From Candidatus Babeliales bacterium (GTDB taxonomy: Bacteria; Babelota; Babeliae; Babelales; JANWKD01): a stretch of 64,000 nt of DNA. The position numbers were made by a program, and so were the translations under genes. The notes under the pieces were generated by a model. That model was not told where the DNA came from. It ran no database searches and saw only the letters and a program-made list of their open reading frames with translations. Shown one piece after another: positions 1 to 9,639 of this stretch. The stretch is taken from contig CAVRJM010000001.1 of NCBI GenBank assembly GCA_963722075.1, positions 512,001 through 576,000 of the forward strand, read 5' to 3'. The first letter of the stretch is position 1. Every line of letters starts with the position of its first letter.

Positions 1-399
1 AAATGAAAATAGGTAAGAAGCTGATTTCTCATCAAGTAGTTTTGAATCAGTTAACGTTCCAGGAGTAAATACCTGTTCCACACCACGCTCCACCACCCTA
101 CCCGGCGTAGCTGGTTCTAGTTGATTACATAACGCTACTTTAAATCCACCCTTCACCAATTTAGCAATATAATGTTCTATAGTATGAACTGGCACGCCAC
201 ATAAGGGGATGGGCTCGCCATTTATTTTTCCTCGTGCCGTTAACGTTATAGCCAAAAAAGCTGAAGCCTTTTTAGCATCTTCATAAAAAAGCTCATAAAA
301 ATCACCTACCTGAAATAATAATAAAGCATCAGGAAATTGGCTTTTTATAGTAGCATATTGTTGCATTAAGGGGGTGGTTGGTTGTGTTTCGGGATTCAT
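1..399 (-). CDS. mutS: DNA mismatch repair protein MutS, 5' part (runs off window)
   Basis: Manual translation of the minus strand from ATG at 399: MNPETQPTTPLMQQYATIKSQFPDALLLFQVGDFYELFYEDAKKAS...IPLCGVP...VERGVEQVFTPGT. This is the MutS domain I signature (TPLMQQY, GDFYELF, TPGT). Not in the ORF track. Confidence 0.96.
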   Translation of the reverse strand, partial: MNPETQPTTPLMQQYATIKSQFPDALLLFQVGDFYELFYEDAKKASAFLAITLTARGKINGEPIPLCGVPVHTIEHYIAKLVKGGFKVALCNQLEPATPGRVVERGVEQVFTPGTLTDSKLLDEKSASYLFSF

Positions 400-430
400 T
401 TTTTAATCTATATGGCTTTCAATTTATTCA

Positions 431-582
431 CTGGATCCTTACGTTCCGTCTCCGTCAAAACTCCGCCGGACACGCACTTGCTGTTACGGAAATCCGGCGT
501 AGCCGTGGCGAAGTCGGACGCAAGTTCCTCAGGATGACACATGAAGTAAAATGTCATCTTGAGCGATAGCGTAAAGATCCAG
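431..582. repeat. REP-like palindromic doublet with a second palindromic element nested inside
   Basis: CTGGATCCTTACG...CTCAGGATGACA / TGTCATCTTGAG...CGTAAAGATCCAG, the same family as 25832-25911 and 34857-34940. An extra imperfect inverted pair lies at about 445-470 and 493-518. Confidence 0.85.
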
Positions 583-605
583 TTATAAAATTACCTTATT
601 AATGA

Positions 606-664
606 ACTGCTTCGACGAGCCATGTCCGCCGAAGCTCGGCGAGCGAAGGCTGGATCGCAACGAC
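606..664. repeat. Degenerate REP-like half element with GC-rich insert
   Basis: TGCTTCG...TCGCAACGAC matches the arms at 30510-30539 and 59416-59445. It is interrupted by TGTCCGCCGAAGCTCGGCGAGCGAAGGCTGGA. Confidence 0.65.
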
Positions 665-752
665 ATCATTTTGAATGTACATAATTTATTTTGCTTTGCG
701 TAAATTTTATAGCATTTTAATCAAAAATACAATTATGAGTCCTATAATCCAA

Positions 753-2195
753 TTACCATTTCTCAGTCATTAATGAAACACCATAAATTACTAGTAAGCC
801 ACTCATAAAGGCCGGAACCATGGCATATATTGGCATAGTAGTAATAAACGGATTGATAAAATTCCATACAGCAGAAATAACTGCCCCGGTAATAATACCG
901 GCGATAGCACCATATTTATTAATTCTTTTTGAATACACCGATAAGATCATCAATGGCCCGAAAGAAGCTCCTAACCCTGCCCATGCATATTTAACTAATG
1001 CCATAATGGTACTTTGTTCATTAGAAGCAATAGCAAAACCAACTATACCAGCGGCGCATAATGAGAATCTAAACACTCTTAATATTTGCGAGGGCTTAGC
1101 TTGCTTACAAAAAATATTTTTATAAAAATCATTTGAAATAATACTGGCAAGCACTAGTAATTGTGAATCAACCGTAGAAATAGTTGCCGCTAGAATAGCA
1201 CATAAAATAACACCAGCAAGCCAGGGATTAAAAAGCTCTTTTGTCATTTGAATAAAAATAAATTCTGGTTTTGCAAGGCCAGTACTAAAATACGCAATAC
1301 CAACTAACCCTACGGCAACTGCTGCAAAAGTAGCTAAAAATTGCCAGGTAAGCCCTACGTATTTTGCTTTATGAAGGCTTTCAGCATCGGAAGATCCCAT
1401 AAATTTAGTTAAAATATGGGGCATACCCATATACCCTAAGCACCATGCAAATTGATTTAACAATATTGAAAGAACTCCAACTATGGAGAAATCCGGTACT
1501 AAAGCAAGCGATATATGGTCAGCAGCTGCGCTTTGAATAATAGCAGACGCTCCTCCCACCGTAAAAAATGCATATATTGGTACCAATAGCAACATCGCTA
1601 ATAAAAAAATTCCTTGAAACAGATCAAGCCACGCAACAGAAACAAACCCACCCAATATCGTATACGTAGTAATTACCCCTAATGCTAATGCTATACCAAT
1701 ATGATAATTAAGATTAAAGGCCGCCTGCAACACGTATCCAATACCCTTTAATCCTACCGATAAGTAAATGGTAAAATAAAAAAAGGAAATAAGTGCTGCA
1801 ATAATGATAAGAATTCCTGAGGTATCATGAAAGCGGTTATTAAAATAAGACGCTAAAGTAAGCGCGTTATATTCCTCAGAACTTTTGCGCAATGGTTTTG
1901 CAATAAAATGCCACGCCATGAACATACCAACCAATAAGCCGATAGGTATCCATATTTCTTTGGCTCCGCACATATATACTGCTGCCGGCAACCCCATAAA
2001 TAACCAATCGCTCATATCAGCTGCATGCGCTGAGAGTGCCGTTAAAAACCAATGCGTTGAGCGCCCACCCAATAATAAATCAGCTGACTGTTCTGTTACT
2101 TTCTTAAGCCCATGAGCTTTGATTGAAGAAATAAAACCGATCATAAAGACGGCTAACAAATACACGCAAAAAACTATTACAAATTGATAATACAT
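753..2195 (-). CDS. putP: Sodium/proline symporter (SSS family)
   Basis: 480 aa polytopic membrane protein with ALSAHAADMSDWLFMGLP, LGYMGMPHILTKFM, STVDSQLL and YAWAGLGASFGP, typical of PutP. Confidence 0.9.
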   Translation of the reverse strand: MYYQFVIVFCVYLLAVFMIGFISSIKAHGLKKVTEQSADLLLGGRSTHWFLTALSAHAADMSDWLFMGLPAAVYMCGAKEIWIPIGLLVGMFMAWHFIAKPLRKSSEEYNALTLASYFNNRFHDTSGILIIIAALISFFYFTIYLSVGLKGIGYVLQAAFNLNYHIGIALALGVITTYTILGGFVSVAWLDLFQGIFLLAMLLLVPIYAFFTVGGASAIIQSAAADHISLALVPDFSIVGVLSILLNQFAWCLGYMGMPHILTKFMGSSDAESLHKAKYVGLTWQFLATFAAVAVGLVGIAYFSTGLAKPEFIFIQMTKELFNPWLAGVILCAILAATISTVDSQLLVLASIISNDFYKNIFCKQAKPSQILRVFRFSLCAAGIVGFAIASNEQSTIMALVKYAWAGLGASFGPLMILSVYSKRINKYGAIAGIITGAVISAVWNFINPFITTMPIYAMVPAFMSGLLVIYGVSLMTEKW

Positions 2196-2398
2196 AAAAT
2201 ACCTTATTACTTATTTTTATGATTTTAGAATATGTTAATTAACCAATAACATTGCAAATCAAATTAAGATTGAATTGTACCCTTTACGGGATATAGAGAG
2301 AAAAGTAGCTGCATTAATTTATTCATAACTATACTATTTTATGATATTATTGAAGTATAATCACTATAAAAAGTCCTTCAAAAAATAACAAGTGAAAA

Positions 2399-3370
2399 AT
2401 GAATATAGTTAAAAAACCAATACTGGGTATTATACTTCTTTGCTCTACCATACAGCTGGTATATACCTATTGGTTTTTGTATGACCAAAATAAGATTCAA
2501 ACGGAGATGGTACCCATGGTAGACCAGCCTCATAACAGTATTCTTAGCTTCTTGTATACCACCAAAGCAGGCCAATTAATTCGGTATGGGCTAACTAAAA
2601 AATGGTTTAGTATTGCTGCAGGCATCTATTGTGACCAATCAATTAGCAAGCATCATATACCATCTTTTATAGAAACTCATAATATCAACATGAATGAAGC
2701 TATATTACAACCGCAGGAATTTAATACGTTTAATGAGTTTTTTACCCGCCGTTTAAAAGAACATGCCCGCCCGATTGATTCAGATACTCATTCAATTATC
2801 TCCCCCGCTGATGGCAATATTCTTGTTTTTCATCATTGTTCTACTCGAGCAACCTTCCCTATTAAGAGCGTTACCTTTAATTTAGAACAATTCTTAGATA
2901 ATAAACAATTAGCCCAAGAATTTGCTAATGGCACGGTAGTAATTATTCGCATCTCTCCACAGGATTATCATCGTTTTCATTTTCCATGCACTTGCTTACC
3001 AGCAGCCCCGCAAAAAATTAATGGGAAATTTGAATCGGTTAATCCTATTGCTTACTATACAGGTATCCAACCACTCACTGAAAACGAACGGCGGCTATAT
3101 ACATTAAAAAAGGATGATTTTGATAATATTCTTATGGTTAGTGTTGGCGCATTATGCGTGGGAAAAATTATTGAAACCTATCAACCTAATACGCGCTATG
3201 AAAAAGGTGCTGAATCAGGTTATTTTAGCTTTGGCGGTTCAACTATTGTGCTTATTTTTAAACAAGGCTCGGTAGAAATTGATAAGCATATTATTACTCA
3301 TTCTCAGCAAAACAAAGAAACACCCATTAAAATGGGGCAAAAAATTGGTATATTCTCACAAAAAAACTAA
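2399..3370 (+). CDS. psd: Phosphatidylserine decarboxylase proenzyme
   Basis: FNEFFTRRLK, SPADG, DYHRFHFP and the GGST autocleavage motif (YFSFGGSTIV). Confidence 0.93.
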   Translation: MNIVKKPILGIILLCSTIQLVYTYWFLYDQNKIQTEMVPMVDQPHNSILSFLYTTKAGQLIRYGLTKKWFSIAAGIYCDQSISKHHIPSFIETHNINMNEAILQPQEFNTFNEFFTRRLKEHARPIDSDTHSIISPADGNILVFHHCSTRATFPIKSVTFNLEQFLDNKQLAQEFANGTVVIIRISPQDYHRFHFPCTCLPAAPQKINGKFESVNPIAYYTGIQPLTENERRLYTLKKDDFDNILMVSVGALCVGKIIETYQPNTRYEKGAESGYFSFGGSTIVLIFKQGSVEIDKHIITHSQQNKETPIKMGQKIGIFSQKN

Positions 3371-3431
3371 TTCTTGATTTTATAATCTCCCTTTTTTTAA
3401 TTTACTACTAAATTAAAAAAGGATATATAAT

Positions 3432-4286
3432 ATGAAATATATAAAATATATAGTTTTTCTTGTAGCATTCAATAGTTATGGCGCTGATGGTTTAGAAACA
3501 GAGCTCGTTGCGCTTCAAAAAAATTTAATCAAGCTTAAAAATAGTTTTCCACCCCCCCGTCCACGCAGTGCTAGAGAAAAAGCACAAACAAAGGCAGTAA
3601 TAGATAAAGCACTAAAAGAAGCAGATGATATATTAAACACGCTGGCACAATTAACTCCATTACCGCAGCCTCAACAGAGAGCTCAACGTACTCCCCGCCG
3701 TAAACCAAGAGGACCATTACCTACACCACCGCCACCCGCAATAACATCCCTTGAAACACCAATTTATGAAACACCGATAACCACACCGCTCGAAGAAAAA
3801 AAACAGTTTATATGGGGCCACGAAGAAACAACAGAAGCATCACAAGAAGAGTCTCTGCAAGAACATTTAAAAAATGAATTAGATAAACGAATGAATTATT
3901 TAGGAAGTAGTGTAAATTTAATGGACGAAGAAGGTGTTAGATATTTTAATGAAGTAAGTAAAAAAGATAAAGAAATGGAAGAACAAAAACAAAAAGACTT
4001 ACAAGATAGAATTGCACGTGCTAATGCGCTTGGTCGCGGTTTAGAAACCGGTGCAGAAAAGATGAAATTAGAATTAGAAAAAAAAGAAGCTCAGGAAAAG
4101 CTGAAACAATCCAATAAAAGAATACAAGATTTAAGTGCTTCTATTGATTTAACGAATAGTATTATGAGGGAGGAATCAGAATGGGAAGAAACACCACCCG
4201 GTCAAGAATTTGCTGAAGAAGAATTAGCAGGAGAGCAATATCAATTAGAAAAGCAAAAGAAAAAAGCATATGGTGGCAAAAAATAA
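3432..4286 (+). CDS. Hypothetical exported protein, Pro-rich then charged coiled-coil
   Basis: RBS AAGGA, signal-peptide-like N-terminus, PPPRP and PLPTPPPP tracts, E/K-rich tail. Confidence 0.75.
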   Translation: MKYIKYIVFLVAFNSYGADGLETELVALQKNLIKLKNSFPPPRPRSAREKAQTKAVIDKALKEADDILNTLAQLTPLPQPQQRAQRTPRRKPRGPLPTPPPPAITSLETPIYETPITTPLEEKKQFIWGHEETTEASQEESLQEHLKNELDKRMNYLGSSVNLMDEEGVRYFNEVSKKDKEMEEQKQKDLQDRIARANALGRGLETGAEKMKLELEKKEAQEKLKQSNKRIQDLSASIDLTNSIMREESEWEETPPGQEFAEEELAGEQYQLEKQKKKAYGGKK

Positions 4287-4287
4287 T

Positions 4288-5322
4288 TTAAGCAGCTGTA
4301 TCTTTTACTGGATTCAGAAAATCATGCTTCTTTAATGATTCAATCAACGAGAATGATGAAATCTCATGCCCCAGCTGCGCACGTAAGGTTTGAACTTCGG
4401 CATATAAAAATTGTTTAATATGAGATTGTTCCAGCGTGTTAAGCTTCGTTTCAAGCAATTGGGCAAATTCATTAACTATCGCTGATATTCTTGAAATAAT
4501 TGTCCGCATTCGTTCAACTTCTAAGGCATTAGTATGAACCGAAATTGTATACTCCATATATCCCAATACTTTTTCTATATGCTGCACAAATAAATTCCAA
4601 TAGCCAGTAAGATCATGGCATGCCATCTTTTCTGTTGCATGACTAGATACTTCAGTAGGCGAATTAACCGTAATAGCCACATTGGCAAGTAACGGATTAG
4701 TAGGTAATTGAATTGCTCTACCTTCAAGCTGCGCTGCATTATATTCTATAAAATTAAAAATAGTCACCAGATCAACATGAGTGGTTATATACCATTCAAG
4801 GTTATTCTTATGGAACAAACTTGAGTATGTTCGATCAGCAATCCCCTCAAGACGATTGATATATCTGGAAATGGGGCCTAAAGAATTATTCATGAGATTA
4901 AACATTGCAGCGACGGTTACGCCCACCAAAAAAGTATGCATGTTTGCCATCATTTGCTGCTTAAACCAACCTACAAATGGAATACCATCAATAAAGGAAC
5001 CTTCTGTCTGTGCTTTTTGTACAAGTGAATACATACACGCGCGAAAAAGTTGTACATCATCAGCGGTTATGTAACCAGGGCCTGCAATGGCAATGGGAGC
5101 TGCATATAACAATTTATATCCTGCCCAACCAAGTGCGGCAGCTATCCCAGTAATGGCAGCACCTTTGGTGATCCGTTGATAGATAAGATGATTATATAAT
5201 TCTTTTTTTACTGCTTCTTGCGCAGTAATAATATTGGTAAGATTTATTCTGGTAATTTCATCATGAGAATAAACAGACGTTACAAATAGAGATAAAAAAA
5301 GAAAAATAACCTTCAATTTCAT
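4288..5322 (-). CDS. Hypothetical exported/membrane protein
   Basis: 344 aa ORF with signal peptide and two hydrophobic segments; no family recognised. Confidence 0.75.
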   Translation of the reverse strand: MKLKVIFLFLSLFVTSVYSHDEITRINLTNIITAQEAVKKELYNHLIYQRITKGAAITGIAAALGWAGYKLLYAAPIAIAGPGYITADDVQLFRACMYSLVQKAQTEGSFIDGIPFVGWFKQQMMANMHTFLVGVTVAAMFNLMNNSLGPISRYINRLEGIADRTYSSLFHKNNLEWYITTHVDLVTIFNFIEYNAAQLEGRAIQLPTNPLLANVAITVNSPTEVSSHATEKMACHDLTGYWNLFVQHIEKVLGYMEYTISVHTNALEVERMRTIISRISAIVNEFAQLLETKLNTLEQSHIKQFLYAEVQTLRAQLGHEISSFSLIESLKKHDFLNPVKDTAA

Positions 5323-5473
5323 AAAATACTATTCTTTCAACATAATCGGACAAAAATAATAATACTAGATTAAAGGAAATTCTTCTTTTTGACAAATTAG
5401 TTACTATTTTCAAGAGCCTTTGCAATACCGCATAATTTCAAAATGAAATTAATTTAATGTTGTAAACATCATC

Positions 5474-7312
5474 TTATTGAATTTTTACAGGAACGCTTAA
5501 TAACCCAGCAGCCCAAAGAGGTACTGTTATATTTCTATCAAAATAATTATTTCTTAAATACCAACCCAAAGCAACAGCACTCGTTACGTAAAACCCATAG
5601 GCCGGATAAGAATTAAATACTTTCTTAAGCGAATATAAACCAGGTTTTATAAGAGGTTTCATATAATAGGTATATTTTTGTTTTATGAATTTTGAACATC
5701 TTGATGGTTTATTGCCTACTGCTCCTTCATGGGCTTCAAAATCAAAAAGTGGTTCATCATAATCAAAAATATAATTATTTAAACTACAAGTAACAATTGT
5801 TTTAGAATGTTCTAAAGCCAACTTGTTTGTTAACAATTTACTCAATTCATCCTCAGCAAAATCAATAGTTCCCGAATCATATCCACCATCTTGCAAATCT
5901 TTTATCTCTTTCTTTTTTTGAACTATCTGTTTTTCAATATCCTTGATACGGTCAGGAATCATTTCCAATAATCGTTTTTGTAAATGTGGAATTCCGACCC
6001 CCTTTAACTTTTGATTGTCAGTTAAATTTGAATGGCTATTTGAAGAGCTTGCCTGCTCACTTCCAGATTGGTCTTGATCAGTTTGGGAAGTAAGGTCAAC
6101 TTCTTGTATTTTTTGTTCATCATCGGTAGATGATTCTTTCTCCTTCCCTTTTCCTTTTTCGCCCGATAAACTCACAATATTATTCCTAATAGTTAAAGAA
6201 GAGGTATCCCTATCAATTTCATATATTTCTTTATCAGGTTCAATTGGGGGGATATGGTTGGCTTCTCTCTCTGCAAGGCCAGTTGCTTCATTAATTAATG
6301 ATCCCAATTGAGCAGCAGTAAACCCACAGGTATAATAATAAGCTAATTTGGGTAATAATTCATAAGCGCTCTTATACATTATACGTGAACGCGCTTGCGA
6401 CTTTAAAATTTTCAATCGTGTTTTAGGCCCGGGTAGTCCAAATTTAACTAATTCTAACCTGCCTTCGCGAAATAACGCAGGATCAATTCGAGCTAAATAA
6501 TTAGTTGCAAAAAAAAGATGTACTTTAGGCGATAATCGATGTGGTATAGCATCCAAAAAGTTATTTATTCCATTATGATTATGCAAAGCAGATTGGTTAT
6601 CACGCGAACCCAATGAATCGGCTTCATCTATTAAAACGAGAGTATCGCCTTTTTCTTCCGCTAAATGATTTAGTTCTTTAAATATATCATCAAAAGCAAC
6701 GCTATCGGAGCCAACAAAAATTTTAGTGGTAAAATCATTACCTTTTAACGCAACAAAGGGGATTTGTAAACGCCCAGCAATTTTTTCTGCTACGGTAGTT
6801 TTTCCAGTTCCCGGCAAACCATAGGCCATTATTCCAGGGGGAAGATCATGACCAAAATCCTGATATTTACTATCATTTCTTTCCTTATACACTTGCCATA
6901 ATGTCTTAGGTTTTTGTATACGGTTCTCTAACATAAGAAACCAACGCAGTGCGCCCTCGGAAGGAATAGCAAAAGTAGTATCCTGTTTTGGAATATACCA
7001 ATCCTTAACTTTAGTTTTATATCCTTCACTTACTTCCATTAGTTTCTTTATGGAGTATTGCAATATTGCAGTCGATCCAACTTGAATAGTCTGTTGTTTC
7101 AAAATATCAAATAAAGAAATTCCCGTATTTACTGTTGAATAAGTAAACAAATCACGCACAGTCATAGCAACAGGCGAATAAAGTGTTAAATCTGGTTTTT
7201 TAGCAATATCTTTCTGAAAAGAACTGTAATCCATTGCATAAGATAACGGCTGATTGCATAACTGAATACAGAATATAAGAAGAAAAAATCTATTAATTAT
7301 TTTTTTAGTCAT
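5474..7312 (-). CDS. Signal-peptide-bearing AAA+ ATPase (classical AAA clade) with C-terminal hydrophobic segment
   Basis: Walker A GLPGTGKT, Walker B VLIDEAD, SRH ATNYLARIDPALFREGRL, GFTAAQL lid motif. Confidence 0.88.
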   Translation of the reverse strand: MTKKIINRFFLLIFCIQLCNQPLSYAMDYSSFQKDIAKKPDLTLYSPVAMTVRDLFTYSTVNTGISLFDILKQQTIQVGSTAILQYSIKKLMEVSEGYKTKVKDWYIPKQDTTFAIPSEGALRWFLMLENRIQKPKTLWQVYKERNDSKYQDFGHDLPPGIMAYGLPGTGKTTVAEKIAGRLQIPFVALKGNDFTTKIFVGSDSVAFDDIFKELNHLAEEKGDTLVLIDEADSLGSRDNQSALHNHNGINNFLDAIPHRLSPKVHLFFATNYLARIDPALFREGRLELVKFGLPGPKTRLKILKSQARSRIMYKSAYELLPKLAYYYTCGFTAAQLGSLINEATGLAEREANHIPPIEPDKEIYEIDRDTSSLTIRNNIVSLSGEKGKGKEKESSTDDEQKIQEVDLTSQTDQDQSGSEQASSSNSHSNLTDNQKLKGVGIPHLQKRLLEMIPDRIKDIEKQIVQKKKEIKDLQDGGYDSGTIDFAEDELSKLLTNKLALEHSKTIVTCSLNNYIFDYDEPLFDFEAHEGAVGNKPSRCSKFIKQKYTYYMKPLIKPGLYSLKKVFNSYPAYGFYVTSAVALGWYLRNNYFDRNITVPLWAAGLLSVPVKIQ

Positions 7313-7713
7313 AACAACCTAATTTTGTATATAATGATTATTAAAATAATATTGCGGAATTCTTTCTTTTTGTCCAGAAGAAATAAAAAATAATATCATT
7401 ACAAACAAAAATTATTTGCAATAATTTTTCAAAAGTTAATTTATTAAATGAGTGCTTTTTTCAGATATTTACCCGTATGGCTCTTTTTATTTTTACTGAT
7501 TTCTTGTGGAGTTCCTTGTGCAATCACATATCCACCTTCATCACCGCCTTCTGGCCCTAAATCAATAATATAAACAGCAACTTTTAATACATCGAGGTTA
7601 TGTTCAATAATAATCATCGAATTGCCTTTATCGATTAATCGATTTAAAACGATAAGTAATTTCTCGATATCATTGGTATGTAATCCGGTTGTTGGTTCAT
7701 CAAGTACGTATAA
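7290..7713. repeat. Direct repeat copy 1 (AAA gene start + intergenic + uvrA 3' end); copy 2 at about 9486-9909
   Basis: Intergenic 7313-7443 vs 9509-9639 differ at about 4 positions by eye. Both AAA genes begin MTKKIIN. Confidence 0.92.
7444..7713 (-). pseudogene. uvrA: Displaced duplicate of the uvrA 3' end (about 89 codons)
   Basis: 270 bp colinear with 9640-9909 ([12 protein letters not shown]...TGKYLKKA). It begins abruptly at the Walker B motif and has no plausible start. Confidence 0.9.
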
Positions 7714-7746
7714 GGAATTTATATCTCTAATTGAAAACACCGATTG

Positions 7747-9508
7747 TTAGTAATAACTACTAGTTGCTGCCTTCATTCCTAAATAATATTTCATAAACCA
7801 ATATGTACCTGCTATACCAGCTGTGCCGGTATATGTCATAAGTGCAGGCGTAGAGAGAAAGATCTTCTTACTCCATCGTGCGGGAGCACAGATATAAGGG
7901 TGAAATAAAATTTTCCTATAACCAGTTAATCGCTCTTCAGATTTAATAAAGGATATTTCTGGCTGGATAACTTCCTCTCCTGCTTCCCTGACTACCCAAC
8001 GCCTACGGGGCTCTTTGGTACTAGATGATGAAGCTTCAGCATTATCCAGTATATTTTGACCAGCTATCAGCGCTTCTTCAAGGGAAGGACAAGGATCTGG
8101 TTCCAATATGCTTTGAGCAGCTTTTAGCAACATTTCCTTTTCTTCATCATCAGTCAATGAAGCAATTTCCGCAACATCTAATAGTTTTTCTTTCCCTTTA
8201 TCCTTTTTTTCTACTCCTTTATATTTTGCATGATCATTTTTTCTCTTAATATCATAAAGAATTAATGCCTTAACGTTTTCTTCAGCTTCATTAAGACTAT
8301 TTACATATGCTTCAATTTCTTCTTTGCTGTTCTTTACAATACTCTAAAGAAACACTATTATAAACACCTTCTTTTTTCTTAATTAATTCTGCATAGCCAT
8401 TAGCATGGCGCATTAAATCTTTTTTAATTCTTGGCATTAACTTGATAAAATTTTCTCTTAAATGTCTAATTTGCATTCCACCACATCCTTCTGTTTTAGC
8501 TTGATCATCAGCATCATTAAAAAGATCAGAAAGATCTCTATATGCAAAACCATTAGTCAAAAAAGTTAAATTCTCAAGCTCTTCATAAGCACTAGAATAC
8601 ATAGGATATAATCGAGCGAATTGTAATAGCACCTTTTTCCGATCATTATAATTAGGTAATTTCATTTTAATTTCTCGAAACCGGCGAGAAAATGCAGTAT
8701 CTAATAAAAAAGGAAAATTAGTTGATGCAATTATTGTAACATTCGTTGATAATTTAGGAAGTTTAGTTAGCAAACTACTAATTACATTACGGCTTTTTGT
8801 ATCAGATTTTGAATCACCCGACCTCATACCAATCCCATCTACTTCATCTAGTAATACAATAACTTTTTTATTTTCACCTTTTGCCTTTTTTGCAACTTTC
8901 TCTATATTATCAATAATATTTTTGGTAAAAAAAATCCCTTCATTAACCTGCAAATTAGCAAAATCTGTTGCTTCATATTCCAAATAATAAGAATTAGTTT
9001 GGGCAGCAATTTGTTTTACTATGCTTGATTTTCCTAATCCTGGAGGGCCGCTTAATAAATAATGTTTTCTGCGTTGATATAATTCATTAGAACTATTTAT
9101 AGTCGTTTGATTAATATCAAGGTGAATAATACTCTTAATAATATCCTTGATTGGTTTAGAAAGATAATAAGCAGGATCGATCGAAGGTTTTTCTAGTTTT
9201 GTTTGTATGGTAGTTTTCCATTTATGGTACCATTCAGCAGACGCCTGAGAAACTACCGTATTATATGAAAGCATAGTAGTATGAGCTGCAATATTAAATG
9301 CCAAAGGAAGTCCATAGTACAATCCTATATGGGCCCCCACTTTTAACCCCTTCATCCATAATGGTTCTGGATTCGCAGCAGCCGTTCCTACATAATCGCC
9401 AAGATAAGAACCAACACCTTTATTATCCATGGTATATGATAATGGCATACTAAGTACTTGAGTACATAAAACAAAAAGAATGAATTTATTAATTATTTTT
9501 TTAGTCAT
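7747..9508 (-). pseudogene. Second signal-peptide AAA+ ATPase, split by a frameshift near 8312-8343
   Basis: 8312-9508 has GPPGLGKS, VLLDEVD and STNFPFLLDTAFSRRF. The frame of ORF 7747-8157 stays open upstream to about 8343 (KEEIEAYVNSLNEAEE...KDKGKEKLLD) and supplies a C-terminal hydrophobic tail like that of the paralog. Confidence 0.75.
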
Positions 9509-9639
9509 AACAACCTAATTTTGTATATAATGATTATTAAAATAATATTGCGGAATTCTTTCTTTTTGTCCAGAAGAAATAAAAAAAACTATCATAACAA
9601 ACAAAAAATATTTGCAATAATTTTTCAAAAGTTAATTTA

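Noticed and set aside
378..569. 63-aa ORF
   Set aside because: Runs through palindromic repeats and overlaps the mutS start on the other strand.
7444..7740. 98-aa ORF as an independent gene
   Set aside because: It is the uvrA tail from Walker B onward with a few unrelated leading codons; treated as a displaced fragment.
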